The position numbers and the translations under genes are program-made. The notes under the pieces are model-generated. The model was not told the origin of the DNA and ran no database searches. It was given only the letters and a program-made list of their open reading frames with translations. A stretch of 60,595 nucleotides of DNA, the filler included, from Sphacelaria rigidula (lineage: Eukaryota), in NCBI GenBank assembly GCA_964200075.2. It is 7 parts of 7 records of this genome, joined end to end, with 100 filler letters (N's around TTAATTAATTAA, not from the genome) between each part and the next. Parts side by side here need not be neighbours in the genome. Positions count along the whole stretch, not along the records: positions 8,672 to 17,242 come from CAXNAA020010743.1; positions 17,343 to 25,913 come from CAXNAA020010744.1; 5 more parts are not named here. One strand, written 5' to 3'. Positions 11,824-23,615 of the stretch are shown one piece after another (the stretch's first letter is position 1; each line of letters opens with the position of its first letter).

Positions 11824-13092
11824 GTAAGAGAAGCTTAGGCAGGGTAGTACAGTATGTTCCACCGATCGCGGAGCGCTAGCTTGCTTGGTCTGTAGTTGAC
11901 ACCTTCGGCAGCAAGAGACATGTTATTAGTGATCCCCTGATGCATACACCCGGTCCACTGCTACGTAGATGAATCTTTCCCCATGAATACATGATTGATT
12001 AATTGTCGCACTTTAACTGGCGCCCCAGGGGTCATGATCCAGCCGTGGTCACATGATAGACGTACGTACCCAAGATAAGACCAAACTGAAACACTCGCTG
12101 AAGAAAAAAAAGAAAAAACGAAAACATTGAACAGAACGCTCATTCAGACTAACAAGAAAAGAAGTAGACAAAAGTTCATTTACTAGGGAAAACACTAGAC
12201 GAGGGCGTCGACGAAGAGCATGCTTGTAAATTCCGACCACAGACAGGACCATCCAATTCCCTACTGGTTTATCCGTACTTGGTGCATGAGTTGTTATTGA
12301 GGCTTGCTTCGTTTCGAAGGCCAGTGCTTACTGCACAAACGACAAAACAACGCTAGACGGTTAAGGCGCATAACTCCCCGCCACAAACATCTCGTGAATA
12401 CCGGGATCACGGACGTAGGAGCCACACTTGCGATCCGGTGACATCGTTATTTCGAAATCAGAATGTGTTGAACAGGATCTACTCAAACGTGAGCAAACCA
12501 AACCATATAGTGTTTCTCCTGAGGTGGTGCCATGTGGGAGAGTATTCATTCACTTTCCTATCTGTGCCGCAGAGCGGCAACACGTCCGCCCGAACCAACT
12601 CATACAAACATCAATCGAATCAACTAGTAAAACCTCCTTCAGCCACATACCAGCTGTAGAGTTCCTCTTCCTGCAGACGGCGCTAAGGAAGACCCACACT
12701 TGAGAGTCAGACAGATACGAGGGAGGGTACCAACCAACCCCGGACAAAGGTCACGTCTTGTCTTTTTAGTAAGACCTGCTCGCGGTCGCGAGCAGCGCGC
12801 ACAGACGAATGTCGACTCTCGAAAATGTAATGCCGACCCGGCTATAGTACACTACATCGCGCGGGAATGCACGTTTCCCTCTACGGCATTAGGACTGAGA
12901 AGCTGGACCTCGTGATGGCGTTTATCTCGCGTGAGCGCTACTTGACACGACTGAAAGCAACGTGAACACCCTATGGAATTCATACTCCACCGATCGTATA
13001 CGGTTTCGTGTCCATCGAAGCTCCTTCGATACGCCAGTATGCCGCTCGACCGCCGTCCCGTACCCCTCACGAATGGTCTGATGGAAGCCCAG

Positions 13093-13640
13093 TGTGGCGT
13101 GGTACTGTCAAGAGACGATGTTCTTTCTCGGTGAATAGGATTGCGGGGGCTGCACAGTGGCTGTGAGTCTCACTTGCGTCTACAGTACAAGGCAAAAGTA
13201 AAATTAGTGTTCACGGGCGCGTATTCGGACAAGGAAGAATAAAACACGGCGTCTCTTTTGAAAGCAGATAACTGTCGGAGGGTGAGGAGAAAGCGGGAGA
13301 GATCGACACCATCACCTTCACGTCGCCATCTCTCGTGAAATTAAAACACACACACACACACATTTGCGTTACCGGGCGTGTGTCAAATCAGATGACATCA
13401 TCTGAAGCAACTCGATGCTGTCGTGTTAGCCGCATCATCGTTTTCACTAGATTCACTGCGAGCTACGTATCCTAGTTGCTCAGCTACAGTATCCTACTGT
13501 AATAAACTGAGTCGGCGCATCTTTTATCTTGAATGTGCCCGGTGTTTCCTTTCCCACGAAGAAGGCAAAGTATGTGTACTAAATGGTTACAAGATCAAAT
13601 ATTTCGCTGAACCGTCACAGGCTGTACAGCCAAATTCTAC
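13093..13640 (+). repeat. Diverged ~550-bp direct repeat, copy 1 (copy 2 at 14768-15290)
   Basis: gtggtactgtc..ataggattgcg..tgcacagtggctg..aactgtcggag..gctacgtatcct..gctacagtatcctactg..tgaaccgt shared colinearly. Confidence 0.8.
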
Positions 13641-14767
13641 TCGAACCCGTAGAAATACAAGAAAGCTGTGATGGCTCGTTTTGAGAGCAACTCTTCGCGG
13701 CCTGCCTGATCCCGTACAGGGTTTGCCGACACCTGACGACGGTTCATGGTCGTCTCCCGAGACCTCGAGGTAACCTCAGGAGAAGTTTCTCTCATAAATC
13801 AGACTTCACACGAGCCTGCTCGACGTCAAAACGATACTGCGATTGTTCCTACACGTACGCTGTACAATAGCTGCGGCGACTCGGTGTGCTGTAGACGACA
13901 GAGTATTAAGAGATCGTGAACCTTCCCCTGAAGGTCGTCGGTCCCGTCTGAATGTCATTCTGCCCTTTCGCGCTTACCCCCATTTTCAAGTTCATCCACT
14001 GTCCAAATCAGTAGCGACTCAATATTATTGCTCTCTAACCGTCCCGGAGCGAGGCTATATTCGCCCACGTATCGTTTCGCTCTAACCCAGCACCTTTATA
14101 GTGATCGCGTCTACCTCGGTCTCTTCGCACTTGTAGCGGCTTCATCCAACCTAGACGGGAGCATTCAGCAACAACTGCAACGTATATTCCCGCCCGTTTC
14201 TCGAGTTCCCCTCGAAGGCGGTCTTTCCACCACGTAGTCCACCCCGCCCTACATGGACGTTGGTGTTGCGCAGTGATTGCTAAGCGGGAGATCTCCCAGA
14301 GAGTTCTCGTGCTGCTGCCGTGTGTACCACAATTGCAGTCGTAGTCGTTGGGTCTACTGCCCGGTCCGTCCAATCTACCGCTGATCTGGAGGCGATTTGG
14401 GCGCGCTCAGAAGATCGCTGCTTCCGGTTGATGCGTATCTTCTAGATCGACCTCGCGGCCGTCAGCTCTTTTTTCTGGTGAAAACAATCCCTCGTCATCA
14501 ACGCGGGAGACTCTGGCGACGCATAAGTTTGCTCTCGGTTGGGACCTGGATGGTTCCTATCGATCAAGGGTTGTTCGAGTTTCGCCCGCCCTCGCTCTTG
14601 AAGTGCACCTATCGGGTGACGGGTGGTACCGAGGACGAAGATTCCTTATCTTCACTGGCGTCCGAGCGTTCGAAGATGGACTGTTCGTCGCTTCTCTCCT
14701 CGCTCTCGAGAATTGCCGAGGATTCCTCTTCCCCCATTCAAAAGAAACTGATTGTTGGAAGGGTCTC

Positions 14768-15290
14768 GTGGTGTGGTACTGTCGAGAGGCAGGCCTCCTA
14801 TCTAACTGGATAGGATTGCGGAGGATGCACAGTGGCTGGGAGGCCCACTTGTGTCTGCAGTGAAAGGAAGGTGTAAAAATGATGTTCACGAGCGCTTACT
14901 TGGTCGAGACAGAACAAAGCACACAGTTTCTGCTGAAAACAGAAAACTGTCGGAGAATGAGGAGATAGGCGGGAGGTGAAGACCGTCACCCCCAAGCTCC
15001 AATTTTTGGTGAGACAAAAAACAATTTTGCGTCACTGGACGTACATCAAGCAAGATTGAATAATCTTGTACACGACTAGCGTGTTGGTCGCGCCGGCTTT
15101 TCCACGAGATCTACTTCAAGCTACGTATCCTCGTCTGCTTTAGCTACAGTATCCTACTGCGATCGTGTCGGCACATTATCTGCCTATTCGTAGAATCTTC
15201 TTACTTGGTAGGAAAGTCAAACATATGTGCGGAACGGTTACTTGAGTAAAGGTTTCGTTGAACCGTAACAAGGCTACCGCAAGTTGTTAT
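14768..15290 (+). repeat. Diverged direct repeat, copy 2
   Basis: Colinear match to 13093-13640. Confidence 0.8.
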
Positions 15291-15399
15291 GTAGAGATGA
15301 GATTCACACGAACAGGATATAGACCACGTACGTGGCCATATTTTCACACCACGTGCTGCGAGGGTACGCAGGTCAAACGATACCAGTTGATGTTGCTAA

Positions 15400-16700
15400 T
15401 CATCTCCACGTACCCACTCTTCCTCTTCATCTGCATCGAGTCGCGACGTGACACATACGCAGGGCCCAAGTACGAATACGCCTGTGCATTGGGCATTGAT
15501 TTCGAGGTTCTTCTGTACATGCAGTGTACTGACCCGAATCTTCTGTACATGCGGTATAGTGACCCAGAGAAGAGGAATGGTTTTTATATCTGAGACTTTG
15601 TTAAAACATATCCCATGCGGATATTTGTTGTTTAGGTTGGCCGAAGTAACTGAATGATTCAACGCATCAGCTGCTCGGCAGAGAAGACTGTCCACGTTCC
15701 CTCTGACACTTCCAAGTGGAAGATGATTCCAGCTTAGATGTGAGCGACCATGATTGCTCGCCCGCATGGAGCCATCCCACGTTAAGCTAGTTCATGATAC
15801 ACCGGACGGCCTGGTGGCGTGTATTCTTGCCTGGCGCATCGATACAATGACCCCTGAATGGCCCAGCATATCCTCCACAACCGTCCGACCGTGCTGCCGT
15901 TACCACCGGAGGTGCACCGGTGTCTCTTACCTCTACGAGAAACTGCTGGAAAGTAGACGCAGTATTCGATTGGTTCCGCCGAAATAAAATCCAGATCTTA
16001 CGTGTAATATCATCTCGAATCAAGAAGAACAGCCCTCTCCCGCCCGACAAATCGTTCGGTTCTAGGACCAGGTTAATCCATGAATACTCGACCCAGAGGC
16101 CCAGCTGCACGTGTGTCGGGTGACGTAGGCGTGCGAAGCCCCTTAACCGGAAATCACTCCTTTCACTCCAACACCATTCCAACCGGCGTGCAAAACCCCC
16201 TTGTTGTGTCAACGTCTAGTGTAGATGTCTCTTGTACAGATGACCATGGGATCGATTCAACAAGCTAAGATACGCCTATTATAGCCAGGACTGATGATCA
16301 TGGTTATCGCCGGCTAGGGTGACGTGGGCGCATCCATCGTGTTCGTCTTTGGTAAAATGTGGTGAACCGGCCGGTGATGGGGGCGAGTACCCGTAAACAT
16401 TTCTCAGCGGTCTCCCTCCAGACACGCGGGATCTTACGTTCCTGGAATCGCGGTCACATCATCATAATCCCGTGAGCTGATGAACAGCCTAATCCTGGCC
16501 ACTACTCATAACCGAAACAGGTTCATCTAGCTCAGGCATGTGGACCACATTGCGGAAACAGATCTTGCAGTTGGCAAAATGGTTCGCAACCAATACGTAC
16601 GTACGTACGTAGTGACCGGAGCCACGTGACTACTGATCAACGTGACATGTGTGTTGCACACGTCTCGTAATCAAACATGTGTTCACTCAAATGAGGTAAT
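15400..16700 (-). mobile_element. Degenerate Ty1/copia pol (protease to integrase)
   Basis: Minus strand FRNVVHMPEL (protease region), SGGRGLFFLIRDDITRKIWILF..STFQQFL..RSDGCGGY, EYTPPG and ADALNHSVTSANLNNKYPH (copia integrase core); stops and frameshifts present. Confidence 0.75.
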
Positions 16701-17164
16701 ATCCGCTACTGCATCAGCGTCCGTAATCCTATCCCAACCCCTTTCCTGAGGTCAAATATTGCAGCCATACCCTCAGAGCGCCTCATCACAGACTCACATT
16801 CACCTTGGGGAGTCTCACGGACCATGAAGTCAGGAGTCACGGTCACTCTAAGCCCGTCTGGTGCGTACGTGGCAAAAGCCAAGTGTAAGCTTGTCCCGTG
16901 CTCCGCACTCCCACAGCGGGAAAATGCTCAGGGTAATCAGTGCGCATGTTGCACGCGGCTTGTTGCACTTGACGCATAGACTGGTCCTGGGGCGCTCTTT
17001 TTTGCCACCGGGAGCTCTGGGTTGGGAAACCGTGCTAGTGTTTATAGTTTCCCCGGTGTCGGTGCTACCGGCACCGTTTCCGGCGCTCGCTGTGCCTTTA
17101 TTATCCTCTCCTGCCTCGCTGCCGCATCTACCGTTAGGATCGCAGCGTTTGCCGCATCTTACAA

Positions 17165-17242
17165 GGACGGGTGGCATGAAATCGTTTGATGCATTAGACA
17201 GTAGGGAAAAAATGATGGCTATACTAGGAGATGGATGGTGGC
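17165..17242 (+). mobile_element. LINE ORF2 C-terminal fragment, truncated by the contig end
   Basis: GGMKSFDALDSREKMMAILGDGWW; homologous to 26014-26070(-). Confidence 0.7.
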
Positions 17243-17342
17243 NNNNNNNNNNNNNNNNNNNNNNNNNNNNNNNNNNNNNNNNNNNNTTAATTAATTAANN
17301 NNNNNNNNNNNNNNNNNNNNNNNNNNNNNNNNNNNNNNNNNN

Positions 17343-17900
17343 CATCCCAAATAGCAAAAATCTGTGGGCGGAACAGGCTAACTGGGCATGCCATGCTTTG
17401 AACTGTACTGCAACCTCGGCTGACCCGGGAAACAAGACGCCACACGAAATGTGGCACGGAGTACCACCGAAAAGCAATCTTCTTCCTTTTCTAAAGCCAG
17501 GATTTTGTAGAGTTCAGAGAACAAACAAGTTACAACGAAAAGCTCAGAGGTGCTGGTACCTTAGCCCAGCCCCAGGATACCCGCGCGATGCCATGAGAGT
17601 GATGACGGAAACAGGACAAACTACTACGACCAGGCACGTAACATGGGCGTATGTCCCCCCTACTTCTCTCCCTGTCCCACAGCAAGCGATCCCGACGCCC
17701 GGCGGAGCGAGGGATGACAAGATCGAGGAAGGGACGGCCGACAGCGAGGCCGCGGAACAGCAAACTCCGGCGGCACGTGCTTCACCCCGCGGTTCACGGC
17801 ACGTGTCGTTCTTGCTCCCCAACCCAGAGCCAGACGCAGAAGCGGCACAACAGACCCCCGCTATTGGCGGGGGGGGTGAGATGACCTCGTCGCTTCCTTC
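17343..17900 (+). mobile_element. Ty1/copia integrase C-terminal part and linker
   Basis: NLWAEQANWACHALNCTATSADPGNKTPHEMWHG...LPFLKPGF..KLQRKAQRCWYL...TRHVTW. Confidence 0.88.
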
Positions 17901-17924
17901 CAGAAGCGGGGGGGGGGCGCGGGA

Positions 17925-19238
17925 TTTTACGCAACCCTGTCCGATGTGTGGTCATCTTCTGACAAACGTGGCACCTCCACGGCGTCGCAGCCCCCGACTG
18001 GTTCTCTGACGATGAAGCCTGCGACTGGTCGTTTTTGCCCTGCCCCCCGTCACCTGTGCGACCTGGGTTTTGGGTCTTTCCTGGCTTACCTTTCCGGTGT
18101 GGACCGTTGGGTTTGCCGGGATGGCCCTTGACAGCAAGGGCCTGGTCGCCCGGGAAGCCTTCTTCCCCTTGGCGAGTTCCTGCTTGAAAAGTGCCGATTC
18201 GAAACGTTTTCGAACCGACGTCACTACGATTTCCCTCGTGACTGGACCTTCGCGCTCCTCCAACGCCTGTTTTTGGTAGTTATCCTCGCAAGGAAGCGCA
18301 TTGACAAATTTGAGGAGGGTTTGCGCCTCCGTCAGGACGATGTTGCTGTCGTGTGATTGTAACTCTCTCGCCACCTCTTCCATCTCGATTAGTTTTTGAA
18401 CAGGATCATCGCGAACTCCAATCTTCACGTGATCATACTTTTCTAGAAGAGCTAATCTAGCTCCGTTGGTCTTAGGGCTGTAGAAATCATTCAACTCACG
18501 CCACACGGCTGCCGGAGATGGGATTCGGAACAAAACATCCCGGTTCCGCTTATGTTCGAGACTTGTCACCAACATTTGCCTCGCTCTCACGTTTGCAGCT
18601 ACAGTGCCCTTTCCGTGCCTTGCTTCAAGAAAACTCAAGGATAACGCCTTGTTTCCCACCTCGACATCGTATGCCCTATTTTCTGACATAGTGAGCACCC
18701 AATCAACTGCTTCATTTCTTGCAAACATGATCAGTTCGTGACTGTAGTGGTTGAACTCTGAACTCTTTCCGCAGAATTTAGGGACAGCTGCCTTGAAAAC
18801 CGGGACCCCGGAAATATTTTGGACACTTGGTCGATCGTGACCGAACACTGCGACGGACTCACTTGCGGGGTCTGCACCCCTTGCTCCGTCGCTTGTTGTC
18901 ATGTGGTCGCTCCCGCTCGGAGCTCCATGCTCACCCTCTCGGCTCCGTCTTCGGCCTTGAGGTGTGCTGTGGTTGGCTGCGCTGTCAGCCTGGTGTTGTT
19001 GTGTTGCCTGATCTTCCTCGCTTTCGACGACGCCACTCCACCTCGCGTCTCCGGGTTCTCGATCTTCGATGCCATCTACCCTATCCTGTATTACAGTTTG
19101 TGTAGATTGTACATCTCTAACCACATCTGTCAGTGTGCTAAACTGACCACTGAACAGACTCATCATACTTTCAAGTTGATTCGTCAGCCCGTCTAACCTT
19201 TCTTCTGAAGACGGAGCGTTACCATCGTTCCTAGCCAT
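17925..19238 (-). mobile_element. Ty1/copia gag (UBN2-type) with a frameshifted zinc-knuckle remnant
   Basis: 428-aa ORF with PKFCGKSSEF, AVWRELNDFYSPKTNGARLALLEKY, DDPVQKLIEMEEVAREL and KFVNALP; CHVCQKMTTH knuckle in another frame at ~17975-17945. Confidence 0.85.
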
Positions 19239-20400
19239 ACTTGCCCAATCGATTGATCACTAGTGTATTCCTTGGCTCAGGCACAGGGTAATGGTTTCAG
19301 ATCTTTTATTGCAGAGCACCCAAGTTCTAGTATGACTTGGGAGAGTGCTGATGAGATGGAGGTAGATGAATGAGAATGATCAAGGGGGGCGGACTGCTCC
19401 GCTGCTCTCAGCTGTACTGTACCACATTTGCACACACTTGACTGTCGGTAATCGGACGTCACCCCGACCCCCGGTTCTACGTAGATTCAGCATTACTGGG
19501 TATCTGAATCACTCGAAGAGAAACCTCGGAGCCAAGCGAATCTGAAAAGCAGACTAGGCTCCTCTCTGTGGGGTGATGCAAAGTATCCAAGACGTGTGTT
19601 GACGATTTTCCCTGTTTGAGGGTCAAAAAGTGGCTCAAATGTACCAGAAGTGAACAATCCGTGGGCCAAAAATTTGTTTGCCATAACATCCGGCCTAATA
19701 GGGTGTTTGCGAAGACCAAAATCGGGTCCGGTCTTGAAATCCAGAGCAAGACCGGAATGTAACCCCATTTCGGTTCAACAACTAGGTTTAGAACAGCCCA
19801 CCGACTTTGATGATGTGAAGACCAAATTTGGGTCTCGGGCTTGGGCTTTCCTATTGGTCAACGTTCCCAAGTACGGCTTACGGTTTGGATCACTCTGGTC
19901 TGGGGGGCATATTTGCCCCCAAAGTCCGCAGCCAAAAGACCATTCTGGTCTTCCCTCGGTTTGGTCTTTTAGATATACATGCTATTGGCTGAAAGGCCCG
20001 ACGGGTTTTCCGTTCCCCCCGCACATACCACACCAGCTCCATCATCGCGCGTAGGTCGCACACCAGGCCACACGCCGAGAACGGTTGTTGTGACAATGGT
20101 GTTTTCGTGGAGTCAGCACAGCAGCATATATTATGCACAAAGAACGAGTGTTGAGCACAACTTGACACAGACAGCGAGTAGCTCAAATAACATAAAACAA
20201 ACGCGACGTGTATACGGCTTGCACGAAAGTTCAGAGCACGGGAGGGGAGCAAGCATGTGATGCAGCAGGAGACATTTATTTACTCACCTCCCACAGATGA
20301 GGGTAACTCAAGGTGAAATGAAAGATTTTTGCGAGAAGCGCAAGCAAAAATTGGCGCTCGGCAAGAATTGAGGATCCGTCTAAAATGGGGGCAAGAACTC

Positions 20401-22368
20401 CAGGCTGGTTCACGGTGATCACCCAAAATTGTGTCATCAGCAAATGCATTCCGGAATAAGCACCCAATAGTCGCATATATGGTATCATACTGACCGCAAT
20501 GAGGAGACGAAGAGAGTCACATAGCTTGATTTTTGTTTAAGGCCGTAGCGGCGGCGCAATGGACGAAAATGTGTCTCAGCCAATCAGCACCCTTCAAACT
20601 ATTCCGAGATGTAAATTACGAATACCAAGCCCAATTTTCACCCAACCTCTACATGCTTCANNNNNNNNNNAAATCGTAGTAACCGTCATCGACACGGGAA
20701 TCTAGCGAGAAAATCATATTTTTCAAAACGGTTACTACAGGGGTCGAACTATAGCAGAAACCGTGATGTTTTGGTGATGTCGTCGGCGTCGTCCAATTTC
20801 CACTAATGATACCCACGAAAGACCCAGGAAGCCTCGTGACGGTGTTCCCTATATCTGTTGTACAAAAGCTCAGATCGCCCTCAAACTCGGCAGTTCCCTA
20901 GGTATTGATGCTCGAAATGGAACAATTGTATTCTTGACAATGTATCATGTTTTCTCCGTTCTCTACCGGCTTCCGGGGGTCCCAGCATGAAGACCCCCAG
21001 AAGGCGGTGCAGAATGTGCTAAAAGAAAAATAATGAAATGATGCGTCCCGGGAGAGCCCAAGGAACACCTGTACAAAGTTTGGTGGAGAAACTCGAAAAC
21101 CTCATACAGTTTTTCTTGCCTTGACGTCAAATTCACAAAGAAGGCCCAAAAACGCCGTTTTGGTACTAAAATCAAGCACTTTGCGGTTTCACCGCGGCAC
21201 GGCAAAGTTCATCGCACAAAAGCGAAAAATCTCACGCTGTTTCAAGGAGTTGGACCCTGAAATTTTGCACAACTGTGCTTTGGGACATTATGAAACTTTG
21301 GATGGACGACGTTTTTTATTTATTTTTTTGTTACCGTTCTACGGGGGTCACCACGCCAAGCGACGGTGCCTACCCGATTTTCGAAATAGTCTGCATCCTG
21401 GGACCCCAGAAAAACGGCACTACGATGTTTTTTTTCATTTCTTCGTAAACTTTCTGCCTCCGCATAACCCAAGGATGGGCTCCACAATTTTTCGTCGTAA
21501 AACTCGATCAACTGATGCTTGAATTTCCATGTTCACGTCGAAGAAGGCCCCAAAACGCCGTTCTGGTACTATAATCAAGTACTTTGCGGTTTCACCGCGG
21601 CACGGCAGAGTTCATCGTACAAAAGCGAAAAACCTCACGCCGTTTTAATGAGTTGGACCCTGAAATTTTGTACATCTGTGCTTTGGATCATTATGCAACT
21701 TTCAATGGACGAGGTTTTCTTATCGTGATTTTTTGTTACCGTATTACGGTGGTCACCACGCCAAGCGACGGTGCCTACCCGATTTTCGAAATATTCTCCA
21801 TTTTAGGACCCCCGAAAAACGGCACTAGGATATTTGTTTTTCATTTTTTCGCAAACTACCTGTCTTTGCCTAAACCAAGGATGGGCTCCACAAGTTTTCG
21901 TCGCAAAAATCGATCAACTGATGCTTAAATTTCCATGTTCACGTCAAAGAAGACTCAAAAACGCCGTTTCGGTACTAAAATCAAGTACAATCAAGTACGT
22001 TGCGGTTTCACCGCAGTACGGCGAAATTCATCGCACAAAGGCCAAAAGCCTCACGCCGTTATAAGGAGTTAGACCCTGAAATTTTGCACAATGTGCTTTG
22101 GGACATTACGCAACTTTGGATGGACGAGGGGTTTTTTATCTTGTTTTTTTTTTCGGTATACGGGGGTCCGATTGGGTCGAGGTTTCCCCAAAAAAATTGA
22201 GACCCCCGAAAAACGGTGGAAAAAGTAAAAAAGTAAAAAAACCTCGATCATGAAAAGTTGCGTAATTACCCGTAGAACATTTGTGCATAATTTCAGGGTC
22301 TAACTCCTTAAAACGGCGTGAGGTTTTGCCGATGAGTGTTTTTTGGGTGATCACCGTGAACCAGCCTG
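20401..22368. mobile_element. Non-autonomous TIR element with a perfect 28-bp TIR and an internal ~405-bp tandem array
   Basis: caggctggttcacggtgatcacccaaaa (20401-20428) is the reverse complement of 22341-22368. Right flank is TA, left flank TC. Confidence 0.8.
21125..22150 (+). repeat. Tandem repeat, ~405-bp unit x ~2.5, followed by an inverted partial unit (~22235-22328)
   Basis: gaagg/actc..aaaacgccgtt..ggtact recurs at ~21140, ~21544 and ~21948; gaccctgaaattttg and tcgatcaactgatgctt recur with the same period. Confidence 0.88.
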
Positions 22369-22373
22369 TATGA

Positions 22374-23615
22374 CATGGGACATTTGCTATTTCACCGTGC
22401 TGCAGCACAAACATACTCACGCTCTCTCTCATGTGTCGTAGCTATCACTGTGGTGTGGTGTGGTGTGGTCGGACCTTCACGAAGACGGTTTGGTGTCCGC
22501 TGGGATTGCGTCAGTTGCCTTACTGTCACTGCCTTGGTTCTTACAGAAAATGAGGAAAAAATATATATTTTCGGTACGCAGTGCTATCTACACACTACTG
22601 TGTGTAATTGTCTGTTGTGTGTTGGCTATTTCGTTTCCCATGAAACGAGCAAGGCGCTTCCCACACCCACCGTTTTTCTTTGCTGTAGTTGTCGCTGTGC
22701 TGTTGTGTATTTGAACACTTTACGATGAACATGGTGTGATGTGCCCTGGAGAGTGCCTGAACAGTTGTAGTGCTGCATGCGATGTTCCGGTAAGCACAGA
22801 AGTGGGGTGAGATTAAAGTGCTACACTAGCTACTGTCTGTTCACAAAAGTGAAACGATGAAACCATCACGTGACGACTGTACTGTGCAGCTGTCTGTGGC
22901 GTCCCCGTCCGTACTTCAGCTATAGTCGGGTGCTGAGATCGGAGAAGACACGCAAGGCGGACGCGTGCACGTTGGGGCGAACAAACTGAGCCAGCACGGA
23001 GCTGTTCTATCCCGAGTGTTTGATGACAGGAGCTGTCTGCCTTGATGTCCCATGTAATAGTTCTTTCCCCCATTTCAGACGGGTGCTCATTTTTTGCCGA
23101 GATCCAATTTTTGAACGCTTGACCATGATCGCGCTTCGCGTGAAAAGCGCAGTTATGGCCCAGCGTTTGTAAACCGCCATTCGGCCAACATCGAGCTCAT
23201 CCGAAATCAGGGGAAGAACTATCGCATGGGACATGCCCTATATCACTGTGCTGCAGCACAAACACACTCAGGCTCTGTCTCTTGTGCTGTAGCTGTCGCT
23301 GCGCTGTGGTGTCTCCAGATCTTTTCGAAGACGGTTTGGTCGTTCGTCTCCTCGAAAAATCATGCTGTCAACCCTGTGTCAACACGTAGTGCACTCCAGA
23401 TACCGTTCCTGTTGACACCTTCATGCTGTGTTGGCTATTTCGTCTCGAGTCAAGCGAACAAGGCGCTCCCCAAACCCACCATATATATGCTGTAGTTGTA
23501 GCTGCGCTGTTGTGCATTTTGAACACTCTACGACGATCACGGTGCGATGGGCGCTGGAGAGTGCCTGAACAGCTGTCGTGCTGCATGCGGTCTTGCGGTA
23601 TGTACAGAGTTGGTG
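22374..23615 (+). repeat. Pair of ~400-bp diverged direct repeats (22374-22805 and 23225-23615)
   Basis: catgggacat..gtgctgcagcacaaaca..gaagacggtttggt..tgtgttggctatttcgt..ctggagagtgcctgaacag..tgctgcatgcg in both copies. Confidence 0.82.

Noticed and set aside
21125-22150. CRISPR-like array
   Set aside because: Long whole-unit tandem duplication with no short repeat and unique spacer structure; eukaryotic context.
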